DNA of 64,000 bases from NCBI GenBank assembly GCA_965197525.1, contig OZ240211.1:864001-928000 (forward strand). The letters run 5' to 3'. Source of the stretch: Nitrosopumilus sp. Its GTDB lineage: Archaea > Thermoproteota > Nitrososphaeria > Nitrososphaerales > Nitrosopumilaceae. The notes under the pieces are model-generated. The model searched no databases. It saw nothing but the letters and a program-made list of their open reading frames with translations, and was not told where the DNA came from. The translations under genes were made by a program, and so were the position numbers. Below are positions 1 to 10,089 of this stretch, piece after piece (the stretch's first letter is position 1; each line of letters starts with the position of its first letter).

Positions 1-261
1 TTCTTGGCAGTATCATTGTCAGTATTGTTATTATTATTAACATAATTTGCAGTCACGACTGTTCACCATATCTTTTGTAAACAACGATACGATAATTGAC
101 TGGAGGTTTTTTTATCGTATTTTTGACAACTTGAAGCTTTACCAAGTACTTTGTCTTGATTGTGATCAGTAGCAACACTACTTGAAAGAATTACAAAAGT
201 CACATTCAGTATTAAAAACAGTCATCATATAACAAAGAGGTCATCTAAACTAGTCTTAGAC
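1..261. repeat. Dispersed paralogous segment; matches 53029-53084 joined to 59782-59970
   Basis: 73-261 aligns ungapped (189 bp) to 59782-59970; 1-50 resembles 53029-53084. The second copy is split by the 6.7-kb element. Confidence 0.85.
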
Positions 262-1014
262 TAGTAAGTGCACATTAGAGATTATTGGCAGTATTGGACA
301 AAAAGCTGTTCATTTTTCAATCAAAATGACATTTGCAATAAGCACTACTAGATCTTTAATCTGAACAGGTTTTTATCATGTATAAAAAACTTGAAATCAA
401 AAGTTCATCAAGGTCGGGGATTTCCTGCCAACATATCTCATCGCATTAATCTTTGGTTCCTATGTCCTGATGTCTTAAAATAACACGTGACGCATATTTT
501 CAAACGTAGCATAATATTCTGACACCAGTGTCATGTTTTGCCTGATGCCAATATTTCTCAATGGCATCAAGCTCTGGCAGTTGGCAGGTATAACATCCTC
601 ACATCCTTGTTTTGGGATACAAAATCAAAAGTTCACGTCCCCTCTTGATTTGTGTCTATGGGAAGATCTATGTGGATTACAGTTAGGCACGGATTAAGGG
701 ATGACATGAACACCTATTATCAAAATCATTTACTATATTTTTTAAGATCTTCTGGTTTTGTGTCCATATCTATGTGAGATCTTTTTAAAGCTTTTGTAAT
801 TTTAAACGTGTGTAAATACAGCTATCGCTAAGATTGGATCATACCCCATATTTTCAAAAAACGAATCGGACACATATCTATTCGAGGATATAACCTCATT
901 ACTATTCTTCGTTCATTCATTAACGATACAGCTGCAGTTACATAACCGGGTATGAAAACCCATATGGACTTCGCAGACAACCGTTAACTATAATTTTTGC
1001 TATGTGCATCATAT

Positions 1015-2268
1015 TCATTTTGCAATCTTTTTCTTCTTTTTTGATTTTTTAACGTGACGTGACGTGATCTCTTTTTGCTGTTTGTTGCCTTCTCTGATAC
1101 ACGTATTGTAGTCAATGCCTTTTGTGAGCATCCAGTAGATTATTCGAAGTAGCTTTGCAGATGCTGCAACTTTAGCTTTGGAAGAACCTCTTTTTGCACT
1201 GATCCGGTTATAAAATCCAGCGATAACATTGCCAGAGGATTTGCCATCCTTCATTACTCTGAGATGTGTTATGATAGATTCACCGAGGACCCATCTTGCC
1301 ATGGTACTTCCACTACGAGTGATACTCCCATGACGTACCATGTCTGCTGAGCCACGAACAGATGGTGCTATGCCCATGTAGGAGACTAGCTTGTCAGGAC
1401 TCGAAAATCTAGAGATCTCGCCAATCTCTGATGCAATAGTCAAAGCTGTAAAATTACCTATTCCCACCACAGATGTCAAGAGCTGGGCAGATTTGTTGCC
1501 CTTTACTGCCTGGGTTATACGCACATCAGTTGACAATATCATATCATTTAGAAAAGATATGGTCTTGAGGTGTGAGTCTATTCTCCAATCTTTTAGTGCG
1601 TATAGTTGTTGGTTATATCTTGAAGAAAACGGCACTCCTTTAATCTTGATTGCATTTTGTAAGAGAATTGCATGTACCAGATTTTTAAATCGAGCTTTTT
1701 CACGTACGAGTTTGGCACGGTGTCTTACAAGCTGTCGTTCCTCTGTGATTTCAGCATTGGGTACGTAGCATGTAGCTATGTATCCTCCACGTAGCATGTC
1801 TGCAAGTATCTTTGCATCCACCTTGTCTGTCTTCTTTTTTGACTCTGCAATTAGTCGTGTCTGGTAGGGGTTTGAGAGAACCACATCCAGGTTTAGGGAA
1901 TCTGTCAGAAATCTGTATACTCCATACCAGACTGAAGAGGATTCTAGTACATATTTTGCATCTTTGGGGTATTTGGAGAATTCTGTCTTTATTGAACCGG
2001 TGTCGTTTTCTACTCTTTGGTTGCGTAATAGTTCTCCGTCGTCGTTTACTACTGCTACTTGAAGAAACACTTTGTGCAAATCTATTCCTACAAATATCTT
2101 TTCTTGTTTTTTGATCTTTTGTAGGGCTACACTCATACTCTTTGTTTTATTTTTCCTCATCTGTTTGTTTGTTTTTGTGCTATTTGGCCTACTTGCTTTT
2201 TTCTTGGCAGACTTTTGTATCTTTGCAGGTTTATGCCGATTACTATCTAAATTTCTTTCTTGTTTCAC
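1015..2268 (-). CDS. IS110-family transposase (DEDD recombinase); probable start at ATG 2136
   Basis: VGIDLHK, LESS, KTDKVDAKILA and C-terminal GIAPSVRGSA motifs typical of IS110. Confidence 0.92.
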   Translation of the reverse strand: MKQERNLDSNRHKPAKIQKSAKKKASRPNSTKTNKQMRKNKTKSMSVALQKIKKQEKIFVGIDLHKVFLQVAVVNDDGELLRNQRVENDTGSIKTEFSKYPKDAKYVLESSSVWYGVYRFLTDSLNLDVVLSNPYQTRLIAESKKKTDKVDAKILADMLRGGYIATCYVPNAEITEERQLVRHRAKLVREKARFKNLVHAILLQNAIKIKGVPFSSRYNQQLYALKDWRIDSHLKTISFLNDMILSTDVRITQAVKGNKSAQLLTSVVGIGNFTALTIASEIGEISRFSSPDKLVSYMGIAPSVRGSADMVRHGSITRSGSTMARWVLGESIITHLRVMKDGKSSGNVIAGFYNRISAKRGSSKAKVAASAKLLRIIYWMLTKGIDYNTCIREGNKQQKEITSRHVKKSKKKKKIAK

Positions 2269-2289
2269 ATATAGTTACATAAGTTTAGC

Positions 2290-2520
2290 ATGATGTGACC
2301 AATACGGTTTGTAGTCCGGTAAAATTTACATACCGATAAACTTTTGATTATCAGTATAGTATCAAATGACCAGCAGTTACTCCGGGTAAAGGGCATACGC
2401 GTGGAACCTGAAAATGCTTCGTTATCAAGTCAAATCCCATCCGATCCACTTTTTTGGATTCAGACTGCGTATCTGCAGTGTCCCCTAATCAGGGGGTAAT
2501 AGCATAACTGCAATTCTATC
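2290..2520 (-). ncRNA. Candidate IS110 bridge/seek RNA region upstream of the transposase
   Basis: Non-coding; hairpins at 2444-2459, 2464-2479, 2482-2495 and long-range stem 2383-2389/2505-2511. IS110 elements are known to encode such RNAs. Confidence 0.4.
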
Positions 2521-2614
2521 TGTGCAAAATGGACCCATGCCATTGTTTCAAAAATAATACACATCGCGATGGTGATAATTACAGTAGTAATAATAATAAT
2601 TGGTGTTCAGGCAA

Positions 2615-2944
2615 TCAATGGTTACTAAACTGAGCATTCCATTTTTTAGACCATCTGCGAACCAGATAAATCTGAATGAGCATTGTTATGCCTATCATTG
2701 GAATATGTAAAATCCAATAAATCGGATCAAATATCCAATCTGGATCATAGTTAGTACTAAAAGACCAAGAGTCAGGAGTGAGAATCATAGAATAGACAGT
2801 GCTTACTACACCAACAATTCCCACATAAACTATCAGCAGATATTTTCTTAAATGTTTGATCTTATAAAATGCAATCAGATCCAATACTGGAAGTATAGAA
2901 TAGATTGTTTGTCTAGTTAAACTCACAGGACCAGTCGCAGGCAT
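2615..2944 (-). CDS. Small membrane protein
   Basis: 109-aa ORF with two hydrophobic segments. Confidence 0.6.
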   Translation of the reverse strand: MPATGPVSLTRQTIYSILPVLDLIAFYKIKHLRKYLLIVYVGIVGVVSTVYSMILTPDSWSFSTNYDPDWIFDPIYWILHIPMIGITMLIQIYLVRRWSKKWNAQFSNH

Positions 2945-3079
2945 ATTGCAAAACTGTAGTCTGAGTATATTTATGATTTGTGAAAGAAGTTTGTTGTAGG
3001 TGCTTCTGTAGAAGTTTTTCCATTCAGACCCGTGTGAACTTTATGAAGTTGTAGTACGTTTGAAGCATGTTTGCAAAGG

Positions 3080-4573
3080 TTAGATCAAAATAAGGAATAA
3101 TGGAACAGGGATCATTGTACATTCGTTATGTATAGAAAGATCATGTTTTGTCAGCATTAATGCCTTTGAAACACCACTAACTTTTTTAAAATCAATAATT
3201 CCCTGCAGATCCTTACGTCCTATATTGTTCTGATACTTGACCTCTATAGGGATTATCAGGTCATTGGCATATATGATGAAATCCACTTCATGACCTTCTT
3301 TTCTTGCCCAATAAGATACCGATTCTTTATAATCAAAACTTGTTTTAAAATTACTTAGATTGAAAGCGAGTCTAACTGAATGATCTGCAATTACATTCTC
3401 GACATACTTGCTTGTAGTAATACTATCCTGAAGTATTTTTAGACTGAATTCAAATGGTTTTTCCTTACGAGACATGGCATTTAGTGCGTGTAAGAAAAAT
3501 AAGTCTTGAAAGTAAATTTTTTTGTGTGAAGAATAGTGTGGTTTTTTCTTCTTGGAATTGTATTTGTATATGTATAAAAGTACAAACATACATGAAAGAG
3601 TCTTGGTATAATTTTCTACGGTATGGTGACTCCCAATATCAGTATCTTTTTTAAGTGACTCCCATGAAGTTGGTGAGCACAAATTTTGGATATAATTGGG
3701 AATTAGTTGTGGAAGATAGTCCTCATTATGAATTCGCTCAATATCACCTTTAATTGATTCCAAGTAGATGGTATAAGTTGACTCGTTAATAAATCCATTT
3801 TCTTGAAAATCGTTTATTGCCAATGGAATACCACCAGTAATCAAATAATTTTTAAAATGTTTATCCAGTGTATTTTGGTATGCTGACAATGATGTCATGA
3901 TACCATCAATATTACCTTCAAGTAAATTATCTAACAAACCAAGACGGGTTGATGAATCCAACAAGTTATTCTCCTCAATGAATTGTTTAATTTCTGAATC
4001 TACTGATGAAACATATTCTGCAAATTTCATTGGAGGCATGATCTTATCTAGAGGATCGTTTTCGGTAACACCTCTTCTACCCGGCATTAATTCTCCACCC
4101 AATCTCAAATCAATAGAATGAGAACCTGTTGCAATCACAGTGCAATTATCTAGTTTGCCTTGATCTTTGAGTTTTTTTATGCCATTTTGCCACCCGGTAA
4201 TATTTGAAATTTCGTCAAGAAATAGAAGAGATCTTCTGTCTTTTCTTAATGATGCACTTCTTTCAATATAAGCATCAACGACATCAGAGACATCTGCAGG
4301 TGATGTTTCTACGTCAAAAGAATAATACATCAGGTTCCAAGGATTCCATCCATTTTGAAGTCGTTCTCTGATCATTAGCTTGACCATAGTTGTTTTTCCT
4401 ACTTGTCTTGGTCCACGAAGTGTATAGATCAGATCTTCCTCGCAAAATTTTTTTTGAATTCTCGGTTCCCATTTTAGTTGAGATTCTTCCCACTTACGTA
4501 TTTGATTATCGTTATTAATTGCGGTAGAATCTTTCCACCATGGATTATACCCTAGGAGTTCATTATAGGACAT
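3080..4573 (-). CDS. AAA+ ATP-binding protein with DUF4143-type C-terminus
   Basis: Walker A GPRQVGKT, Walker B FLDEI, C-terminal EVDF...PIEVK. Confidence 0.85.
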   Translation of the reverse strand: MSYNELLGYNPWWKDSTAINNDNQIRKWEESQLKWEPRIQKKFCEEDLIYTLRGPRQVGKTTMVKLMIRERLQNGWNPWNLMYYSFDVETSPADVSDVVDAYIERSASLRKDRRSLLFLDEISNITGWQNGIKKLKDQGKLDNCTVIATGSHSIDLRLGGELMPGRRGVTENDPLDKIMPPMKFAEYVSSVDSEIKQFIEENNLLDSSTRLGLLDNLLEGNIDGIMTSLSAYQNTLDKHFKNYLITGGIPLAINDFQENGFINESTYTIYLESIKGDIERIHNEDYLPQLIPNYIQNLCSPTSWESLKKDTDIGSHHTVENYTKTLSCMFVLLYIYKYNSKKKKPHYSSHKKIYFQDLFFLHALNAMSRKEKPFEFSLKILQDSITTSKYVENVIADHSVRLAFNLSNFKTSFDYKESVSYWARKEGHEVDFIIYANDLIIPIEVKYQNNIGRKDLQGIIDFKKVSGVSKALMLTKHDLSIHNECTMIPVPLFLILI

Positions 4574-4690
4574 TACACATCACTGCCAACTGTTTTATAA
4601 ACATAATTTTATAGACTGCTAATAGCTTTATAAGTATTGAAAATGAATAATGCTAGTTTCTTTATAAGAAAGCACGAAGAATAAAACCCA

Positions 4691-4816
4691 ATGGTTGTTC
4701 GAAAAAGAGACATCAAAGCGTGTATGAAGTGTGGATGTGTTTATTCAGAAAGTTCACTTAACAACGTAATGAGATGTCCTGTTTGTAAAAGTATGATGGG
4801 GGAAAATATTGAATGA
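4691..4816 (+). CDS. 41-aa zinc-ribbon protein (not in ORF track)
   Basis: MVVRKRDIKACMKCGCVYSESSLNNVMRCPVCKSMMGENIE; two CxxC pairs. Confidence 0.55.
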   Translation: MVVRKRDIKACMKCGCVYSESSLNNVMRCPVCKSMMGENIE

Positions 4817-5007
4817 ATTAGCGATGAGTGAAATAAAATAATAATTATACCACGTCTTTTCCCCATCTAAGATCCTTGTTTTTCAGATTCAATACTGATC
4901 CGGACCATGGACAGTACACCATACTAATGTTCATTTTTGATATATGCTTTTCTTGACAGTGTGCTTTTTGTCTGCGTATTTGTTTCTCTCAGAGCTGTCA
5001 GCGTATT

Positions 5008-5138
5008 TCTCAGCATGGCTCTCTGTGAAATTATAGTATGTTTTCAATCCATCAATCAAGGGTGTCGAATCTCTTTAGATCCTTGAACACATCATAATCC
5101 CTAGTCTCACTTAGGTGTTCTATCTTATTGTTATTATC
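5008..5138 (-). pseudogene. IS6-type transposase C-terminal remnant (approximate limits)
   Basis: Frameshifted NNNKIEH...KRFDT/PLIDGLKTYYNFTESH resembles the NNNxME...HNFxRPH region of 58604-59728. Confidence 0.55.
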
Positions 5139-5218
5139 AGAGAGGGATGCGGAGCGTACTCTACTAACTTTTCTACAACTATTGAATATCTTCAGGTCAT
5201 CTCAGATAACAATAGTAG

Positions 5219-5596
5219 TTAGAACACATCATTTAATCTCTTTAGTTTTTTCAAACTAGATATTTCGATTGCGCTACTCAGTGTAACAATTTTGGCAAGT
5301 TTTGGATTTGCATTTTTGCCTAGTTTTAGAACTGGTTCTCCATGTAATCGTATCTCAAGAGTGGTATTTTCTTGCTTTAGTTTTTTTGCAAAACTCTTTG
5401 CTTCAGATAACTGTTTTATCATACCAGGTTTGCCTGAAACTTGAATTGGGATATCAATAATATCAATGACCATAGTATCGTTTGTTACTGTAAAATTGAG
5501 TATAGGGTTATCATCACGAGTTATCTTTAGACTTCCCTGCCCTAGGAAAGATAAAAAATTTGTGGATAGATCGGCGGCGGCATTCTTCTTCTTCAT
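5219..5596 (-). CDS. Hypothetical protein
   Basis: 125-aa ORF, paired with 5606-5791. Confidence 0.7.
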   Translation of the reverse strand: MKKKNAAADLSTNFLSFLGQGSLKITRDDNPILNFTVTNDTMVIDIIDIPIQVSGKPGMIKQLSEAKSFAKKLKQENTTLEIRLHGEPVLKLGKNANPKLAKIVTLSSAIEISSLKKLKRLNDVF

Positions 5597-5605
5597 CTAA
5601 TCACC

Positions 5606-5791
5606 TTATTGCGCAGTAATTGTCAGTTTTCCATTTAGGGAAACAGCACCTGTTGGGATTATTTTGCCATCTTTTTCCACTTTGCCTTTCAACTCAAGAT
5701 TCTCAAAATCATAGGTGATTGAGGCATGTTTTTGGGTCAGTTTGTCAAATACTTCTGCAAGCAGATTTGCCCACTCTTGTTCTTCGGCCAT
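5606..5791 (-). CDS. Hypothetical protein
   Basis: 61-aa ORF co-oriented with 5219-5596. Confidence 0.65.
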   Translation of the reverse strand: MAEEQEWANLLAEVFDKLTQKHASITYDFENLELKGKVEKDGKIIPTGAVSLNGKLTITAQ

Positions 5792-5897
5792 ATTGCCCTA
5801 TCGGATTTATGATATTTAACAATGATTATGGATTGTTGGCAGAGATTTTCGTGTTATCAAATCTGTCGATAATTCTATGATATTGTTTGAAAATAAT

Positions 5898-6347
5898 TCA
5901 GATATTTTTTGAAAATGAGAGGGAAGATTGTTCAAAACCAAGATTTAGATAAAAACTATGAGCATCTTTTCGCTGATGTCCAGACTCTAATCTTATCCTA
6001 TGACATTTTTTCTCTTTTGCAAGTGTGATGCAGTAATTGATTAGCTGTTTGCCTATATGCTGATTCCTGTATTTTTCAAGAACTATTAGCTCTGGAATAT
6101 ACATCTCATATGTGACATGATTAAGTCTGGGCAGGAGCACTATGCTAACAACGCCAACAATTTCGACATCGTTTAGCTCTGCGACAACTATTTTTTTGTC
6201 TGGTTGCATTATGTATTTTTTTACTAGCACTCTGAACACATCAACATCTGAATCTGTTTGAGGTTTAGGCCGTCCAAGATTGTACAACAAGCCAAGGATA
6301 ACAGGAATATCGTTGTCTGAAGCCTCTCTAATAACTACATTATTCAT
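5898..6347 (-). CDS. GNAT-family N-acetyltransferase
   Basis: YRNQHIGKQLI acetyl-CoA motif A; AHSFYLNLGF. Confidence 0.9.
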   Translation of the reverse strand: MNNVVIREASDNDIPVILGLLYNLGRPKPQTDSDVDVFRVLVKKYIMQPDKKIVVAELNDVEIVGVVSIVLLPRLNHVTYEMYIPELIVLEKYRNQHIGKQLINYCITLAKEKKCHRIRLESGHQRKDAHSFYLNLGFEQSSLSFSKNI

Positions 6348-6415
6348 AAACTAGATTATCTTGTCAGTACTTAAAAATTAGAGTAGCATGATGTACGACT
6401 AAAAAAGATAGCAGT

Positions 6416-6853
6416 CTAGACTAGGCCAGATATAGGTGAAATTGCTGTATAGATAGCCACAGTATAAACACCTTCAAAGATGCTTACAACATCTCCAGTA
6501 ATAGAATCAACATTTCTGATTCTGAATACATATTCATACGATCCGTCTTCTTGGATATCAACTTGTGCAAAATGAACAGGTGAATCATCTTGATATATTT
6601 GAATGATTACAGGATATGCATCGACATGGTTAGTAACGGTACCACTGACTGCTCCCCAAGGAAGTGTATTGTCATGAGGAATATCCATCGTGACTGTTGT
6701 TTTTTCTATACTAATCTCATCGCTAACTGGGGTAACAGTGATCTGATTGGTACCAGCAAAAGTGGCTTGAGGGACCAACACCATAATTGTAAATATCACA
6801 GCAACAGATGTAACTAAAACCGCATTTGATTTGGAGTTCATACCATATTCCAT
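6416..6853 (-). CDS. Secreted hypothetical protein
   Basis: N-terminal hydrophobic signal followed by beta-rich domain. Confidence 0.7.
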   Translation of the reverse strand: MEYGMNSKSNAVLVTSVAVIFTIMVLVPQATFAGTNQITVTPVSDEISIEKTTVTMDIPHDNTLPWGAVSGTVTNHVDAYPVIIQIYQDDSPVHFAQVDIQEDGSYEYVFRIRNVDSITGDVVSIFEGVYTVAIYTAISPISGLV

Positions 6854-6886
6854 CTTTCAGACACATTTAAAAAATTTACTACAAAT

Positions 6887-7264
6887 GGTTCTGTTGGGTT
6901 ATCGAGACCTAAAACATAGAAATAAATACTTTTGAATCATTACCATAATTATTGAATAGCACGAACACGCAATGTCCAAGATGCGGAAAGATATTCCAAG
7001 AGGACATGCAATGCAAATGTAATATATCGTGTACTAATTGTGGATTGTTCATTGATATGAACACATCATACAAGCTGTCCCCTAGGTTTAGGGATAGTAG
7101 AGATGACATACATGAAGCGCAGTCCGGCACTTTTGAGCAGGCGATGACGGAACCCAGCACATCATTGGTAATCCGAATAGTCGATATGTCAAAGTCGAGT
7201 TATATGGAGAAGAAATTTTGTTAACAAAACAACAAATTTCAGGTCTCGATAACCCAACAGAACC
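6887..7264. mobile_element. 378-bp non-autonomous IS6-type element with passenger ORF
   Basis: Perfect 24-bp TIRs GGTTCTGTTGGGTTATCGAGACCT (6887-6910 / 7241-7264); 8-bp TSD CTACAAAT (6879-6886, 7265-7272). Confidence 0.92.
6952..7224 (+). CDS. Cys-rich (zinc-finger-like) passenger protein
   Basis: CPRC, CKC and CTNC motifs; fills the element interior. Confidence 0.5.
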   Translation: MNSTNTQCPRCGKIFQEDMQCKCNISCTNCGLFIDMNTSYKLSPRFRDSRDDIHEAQSGTFEQAMTEPSTSLVIRIVDMSKSSYMEKKFC

Positions 7265-7554
7265 CTACAAATTGATTCCAAATGCGTAGCTAGGGTAACT
7301 CGTCTGCTATATCACAGCATGCCTTGTGAACCCATTGATCCTTGGAATTTTTTAAAATCTCCTTACCTGTCTTGATGGCATCGCCGCATTCTACACATTT
7401 TCCATTAAATCTGGCTTTCATAACGTTTCCATAGAATCAACCCATTTTAACACTTGTCATGTACTCTAGTCCCAACTAGAATAACAAAGAGATGGAGATT
7501 TTATTTAAAAAATGTAGAGAATTCATATATTAACCATAAATCAAGTAATGAAAA

Positions 7555-8094
7555 ATGAGTAAGAATTTTTGGCACGATATAGAGTCAGGTAAAGACATTC
7601 CAGAGATTGTCAATATCATAGTAGAGATTCCAAAAGGTTCCATGAACAAGTACGAGTATGATAAAAAACACAACATGATGAAGTTAGACAGAGTGTTGTT
7701 CTCGCCGTTTCACTATCCAGGAGATTACGGTCTAATACCACAGACACTCTCAGAGGATGGAGACCCGCTTGACGCATTGGTGCTAGTTACAAATTCCACA
7801 TATCCAGGAATACTAATTGAGGCAAGGCCGATAGGATTGCTACAGATGAAAGATGATGGAAAAATAGATGATAAGATAATCTGTGTTGCTACAAATGATC
7901 CAAGATACCTGCATACAATAGATATTACAGATATTGAAGATCATTATCGTTCAGAGATTGCGCATTTCTTCCAGGTTTACAAGGATTTAGAGGGGAAGAA
8001 AGTAGAGATTTTAGGTTGGAAGTCAGCTAAAGAGTCCAAAGTCGTCATAGTCGATTCAATTAAGAGATACAAGGACATTTTAAAAAAGTACTAA
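7555..8094 (+). CDS. ppa: Soluble inorganic pyrophosphatase
   Basis: KYEYDK, LDRVL, YG(L)IPQTLSEDGDPLD motifs. Confidence 0.97.
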   Translation: MSKNFWHDIESGKDIPEIVNIIVEIPKGSMNKYEYDKKHNMMKLDRVLFSPFHYPGDYGLIPQTLSEDGDPLDALVLVTNSTYPGILIEARPIGLLQMKDDGKIDDKIICVATNDPRYLHTIDITDIEDHYRSEIAHFFQVYKDLEGKKVEILGWKSAKESKVVIVDSIKRYKDILKKY

Positions 8095-8095
8095 C

Positions 8096-8353
8096 ATGAC
8101 AAAAGAATGCGAGCATTTTGGCAAAGAGAACATAACGGTATCTCAAAAGACAGAAAATTGCGAAGAGTGTGAAAAAGAGCATCTTCCGGTAGTTGCACTG
8201 CGAATGTGTTTGACATGTGGGCATGTAGGATGCTGTGATTCATCTGTTGGAAAACACGCAACAAAACACTTCAAGCAAACAGGCCATCCAACAATGAAAG
8301 CAATACCCGAGGACATCTGGAAGTGGTGCTACATTCACGAAGAATATTATTAA
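8096..8353 (+). CDS. UBP-type zinc finger protein
   Basis: CEH, CEEC, CLTCGHVGCC, HATKH pattern. Confidence 0.9.
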   Translation: MTKECEHFGKENITVSQKTENCEECEKEHLPVVALRMCLTCGHVGCCDSSVGKHATKHFKQTGHPTMKAIPEDIWKWCYIHEEYY

Positions 8354-8395
8354 CTTGTCAATTGTTTAAAGAACTATTTAAAACAGGATTATTAG

Positions 8396-8992
8396 CTAAT
8401 CAGATTTGCTGCTATCGTCATCATTATCACGTGATTCGTAAACCATCAAATTTTTCTCTTCAAGTAAACTGTGAATTTGATTGACAGAACGATGAACGTC
8501 ATTTTCAAGTTTAGCGCCTACACATACTAACTTTCCAGATGCAAATATCAGAATTACTGTTTTTGGATCAAGCATCCTATGAATCAATCCTGGGAACTGT
8601 TCTGGCTCATACATGCTCCTAGGCAGTGTTCTTGCTGCCTGTTCCAAGTTAACCTTACCCTTGAGATCGATTGACGATACAATATTCTGGATTGATACTA
8701 TGGGCTCGTTTTTGATCTTGATTTTGCCTTTTTTTAGTATCTTAACTACTTGGTTTACTGCAGCTTCTGCCAATACCTGTGACTTGGCTCCGGTACAAAC
8801 CATCTTTCCTGATCCAAAGAGTAGTGTTGCAGTCTTGGGGTCTTCAAGCCTAAATACTGCGCCTGGGAACTGTTCAGGATGATATTCTACTGTAGGAAAT
8901 TTTTTTGTAATATCCACTAAATCTAATTTTTGCTCAATAGTCGCAGAAGCAACTACATTGACAATTTGTATATTAGGCTGTGTTTGTGTCAT
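8396..8992 (-). CDS. tbp: TATA-box binding protein
   Basis: Duplicated YxPEQFPG...F.SGK.VC.GAK repeats. Confidence 0.97.
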   Translation of the reverse strand: MTQTQPNIQIVNVVASATIEQKLDLVDITKKFPTVEYHPEQFPGAVFRLEDPKTATLLFGSGKMVCTGAKSQVLAEAAVNQVVKILKKGKIKIKNEPIVSIQNIVSSIDLKGKVNLEQAARTLPRSMYEPEQFPGLIHRMLDPKTVILIFASGKLVCVGAKLENDVHRSVNQIHSLLEEKNLMVYESRDNDDDSSKSD

Positions 8993-8995
8993 GAT

Positions 8996-9928
8996 TTATT
9001 TTTCTCCAACAACATCCATATTTTGATCTATTCTTAGACCTTTGTATCGGTTTCGTATTGTAACTTCAGTAACATTTGCAGCTTCTGCAATATCACGTTG
9101 AGTCTTGTCCTCACCGTTTTTAACACAAGCCAAGTATAACGCAGCAGCAGCTAATCCCATTGGATCTTTTCCCGCAGATTCTTCATGCGCTTGAGCATCT
9201 TTGAGAACTTTGACTGCATGTCGTTTTGTTTTTTCTGTAATTCCAATTGTACTGGCAATTCTTGCAACACATTGAACAGGATCAACTACCGGCATCTTTA
9301 ATTCCAATTCTTGATGTAATATCCGATAACATCTAGAGATATCTTTCTTCTTTATATTACCGGCGTCTGATACATCTTTTAGGGTTCGCGGAGTTTCGGT
9401 ATCTCTACATGCGGCATAAAGAGAAGCTGCAATTAATGCGGAGATAGAACGGCCTTTTACAAGTCCTTTCTCTAGTGCTTTTCTATAGATGTATGATGCT
9501 TTTTCAATAACGGCATCGGAAAGTGATAGTTTATCTTTTAATGTTGATAGTTCACTCAACGCCTGTCTAAGATTTTTATCAGACGACGCATTGACCTTGC
9601 TTCTGCTGTCCCAAGTTCTCAATCTTTCAATCGTACTTTTCATGGTAGATGTAAGTGGTTTTCCAGAGGAGTCCTTATTCATGGGACTAATGATTGTAGC
9701 GAGTCCCCTATCATGCATTGCAAGTGATGTAGGAGCACCCGTTCTAGTTGGATCTGCCCCACCGTCTTTTGAGAATGAACGCCATTCAGGTCCAGAATCT
9801 TGCAGCGTCTCAGTTATTACATAGCCACACGTACTACAGAACCTTTCACCAGTGACGTTATCAGTTAGGAGGGTATTTTTCCCACACCTTCCGCATGCCG
9901 AATCAGGATTAACAGTTTCCAAGACCAA
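8996..9928 (-). CDS. tfb: Transcription initiation factor IIB
   Basis: Zn ribbon, DSGPEWRSF, cyclin repeats, TEVTIRNRYK. Confidence 0.97.
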   Translation of the reverse strand: MVLETVNPDSACGRCGKNTLLTDNVTGERFCSTCGYVITETLQDSGPEWRSFSKDGGADPTRTGAPTSLAMHDRGLATIISPMNKDSSGKPLTSTMKSTIERLRTWDSRSKVNASSDKNLRQALSELSTLKDKLSLSDAVIEKASYIYRKALEKGLVKGRSISALIAASLYAACRDTETPRTLKDVSDAGNIKKKDISRCYRILHQELELKMPVVDPVQCVARIASTIGITEKTKRHAVKVLKDAQAHEESAGKDPMGLAAAALYLACVKNGEDKTQRDIAEAANVTEVTIRNRYKGLRIDQNMDVVGEK

Positions 9929-10089
9929 TAGTAAACCACTTTTTCATAATTTATATCCTATATGAACCGATTTATTTAAAATTATCGAGAAAAAACGTTC
10001 TTGATATAGATTTTGAGGCTAAAACGCCAAAGAATGCATAGTTGGAAGAAATTTATTAGGTTGAGCTAATATTATACAGCGTTTGTAGG

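Noticed and set aside
270-900. Possible decayed gene before the IS110
   Set aside because: Multiple stops in the frames I translated and no recognisable motif.
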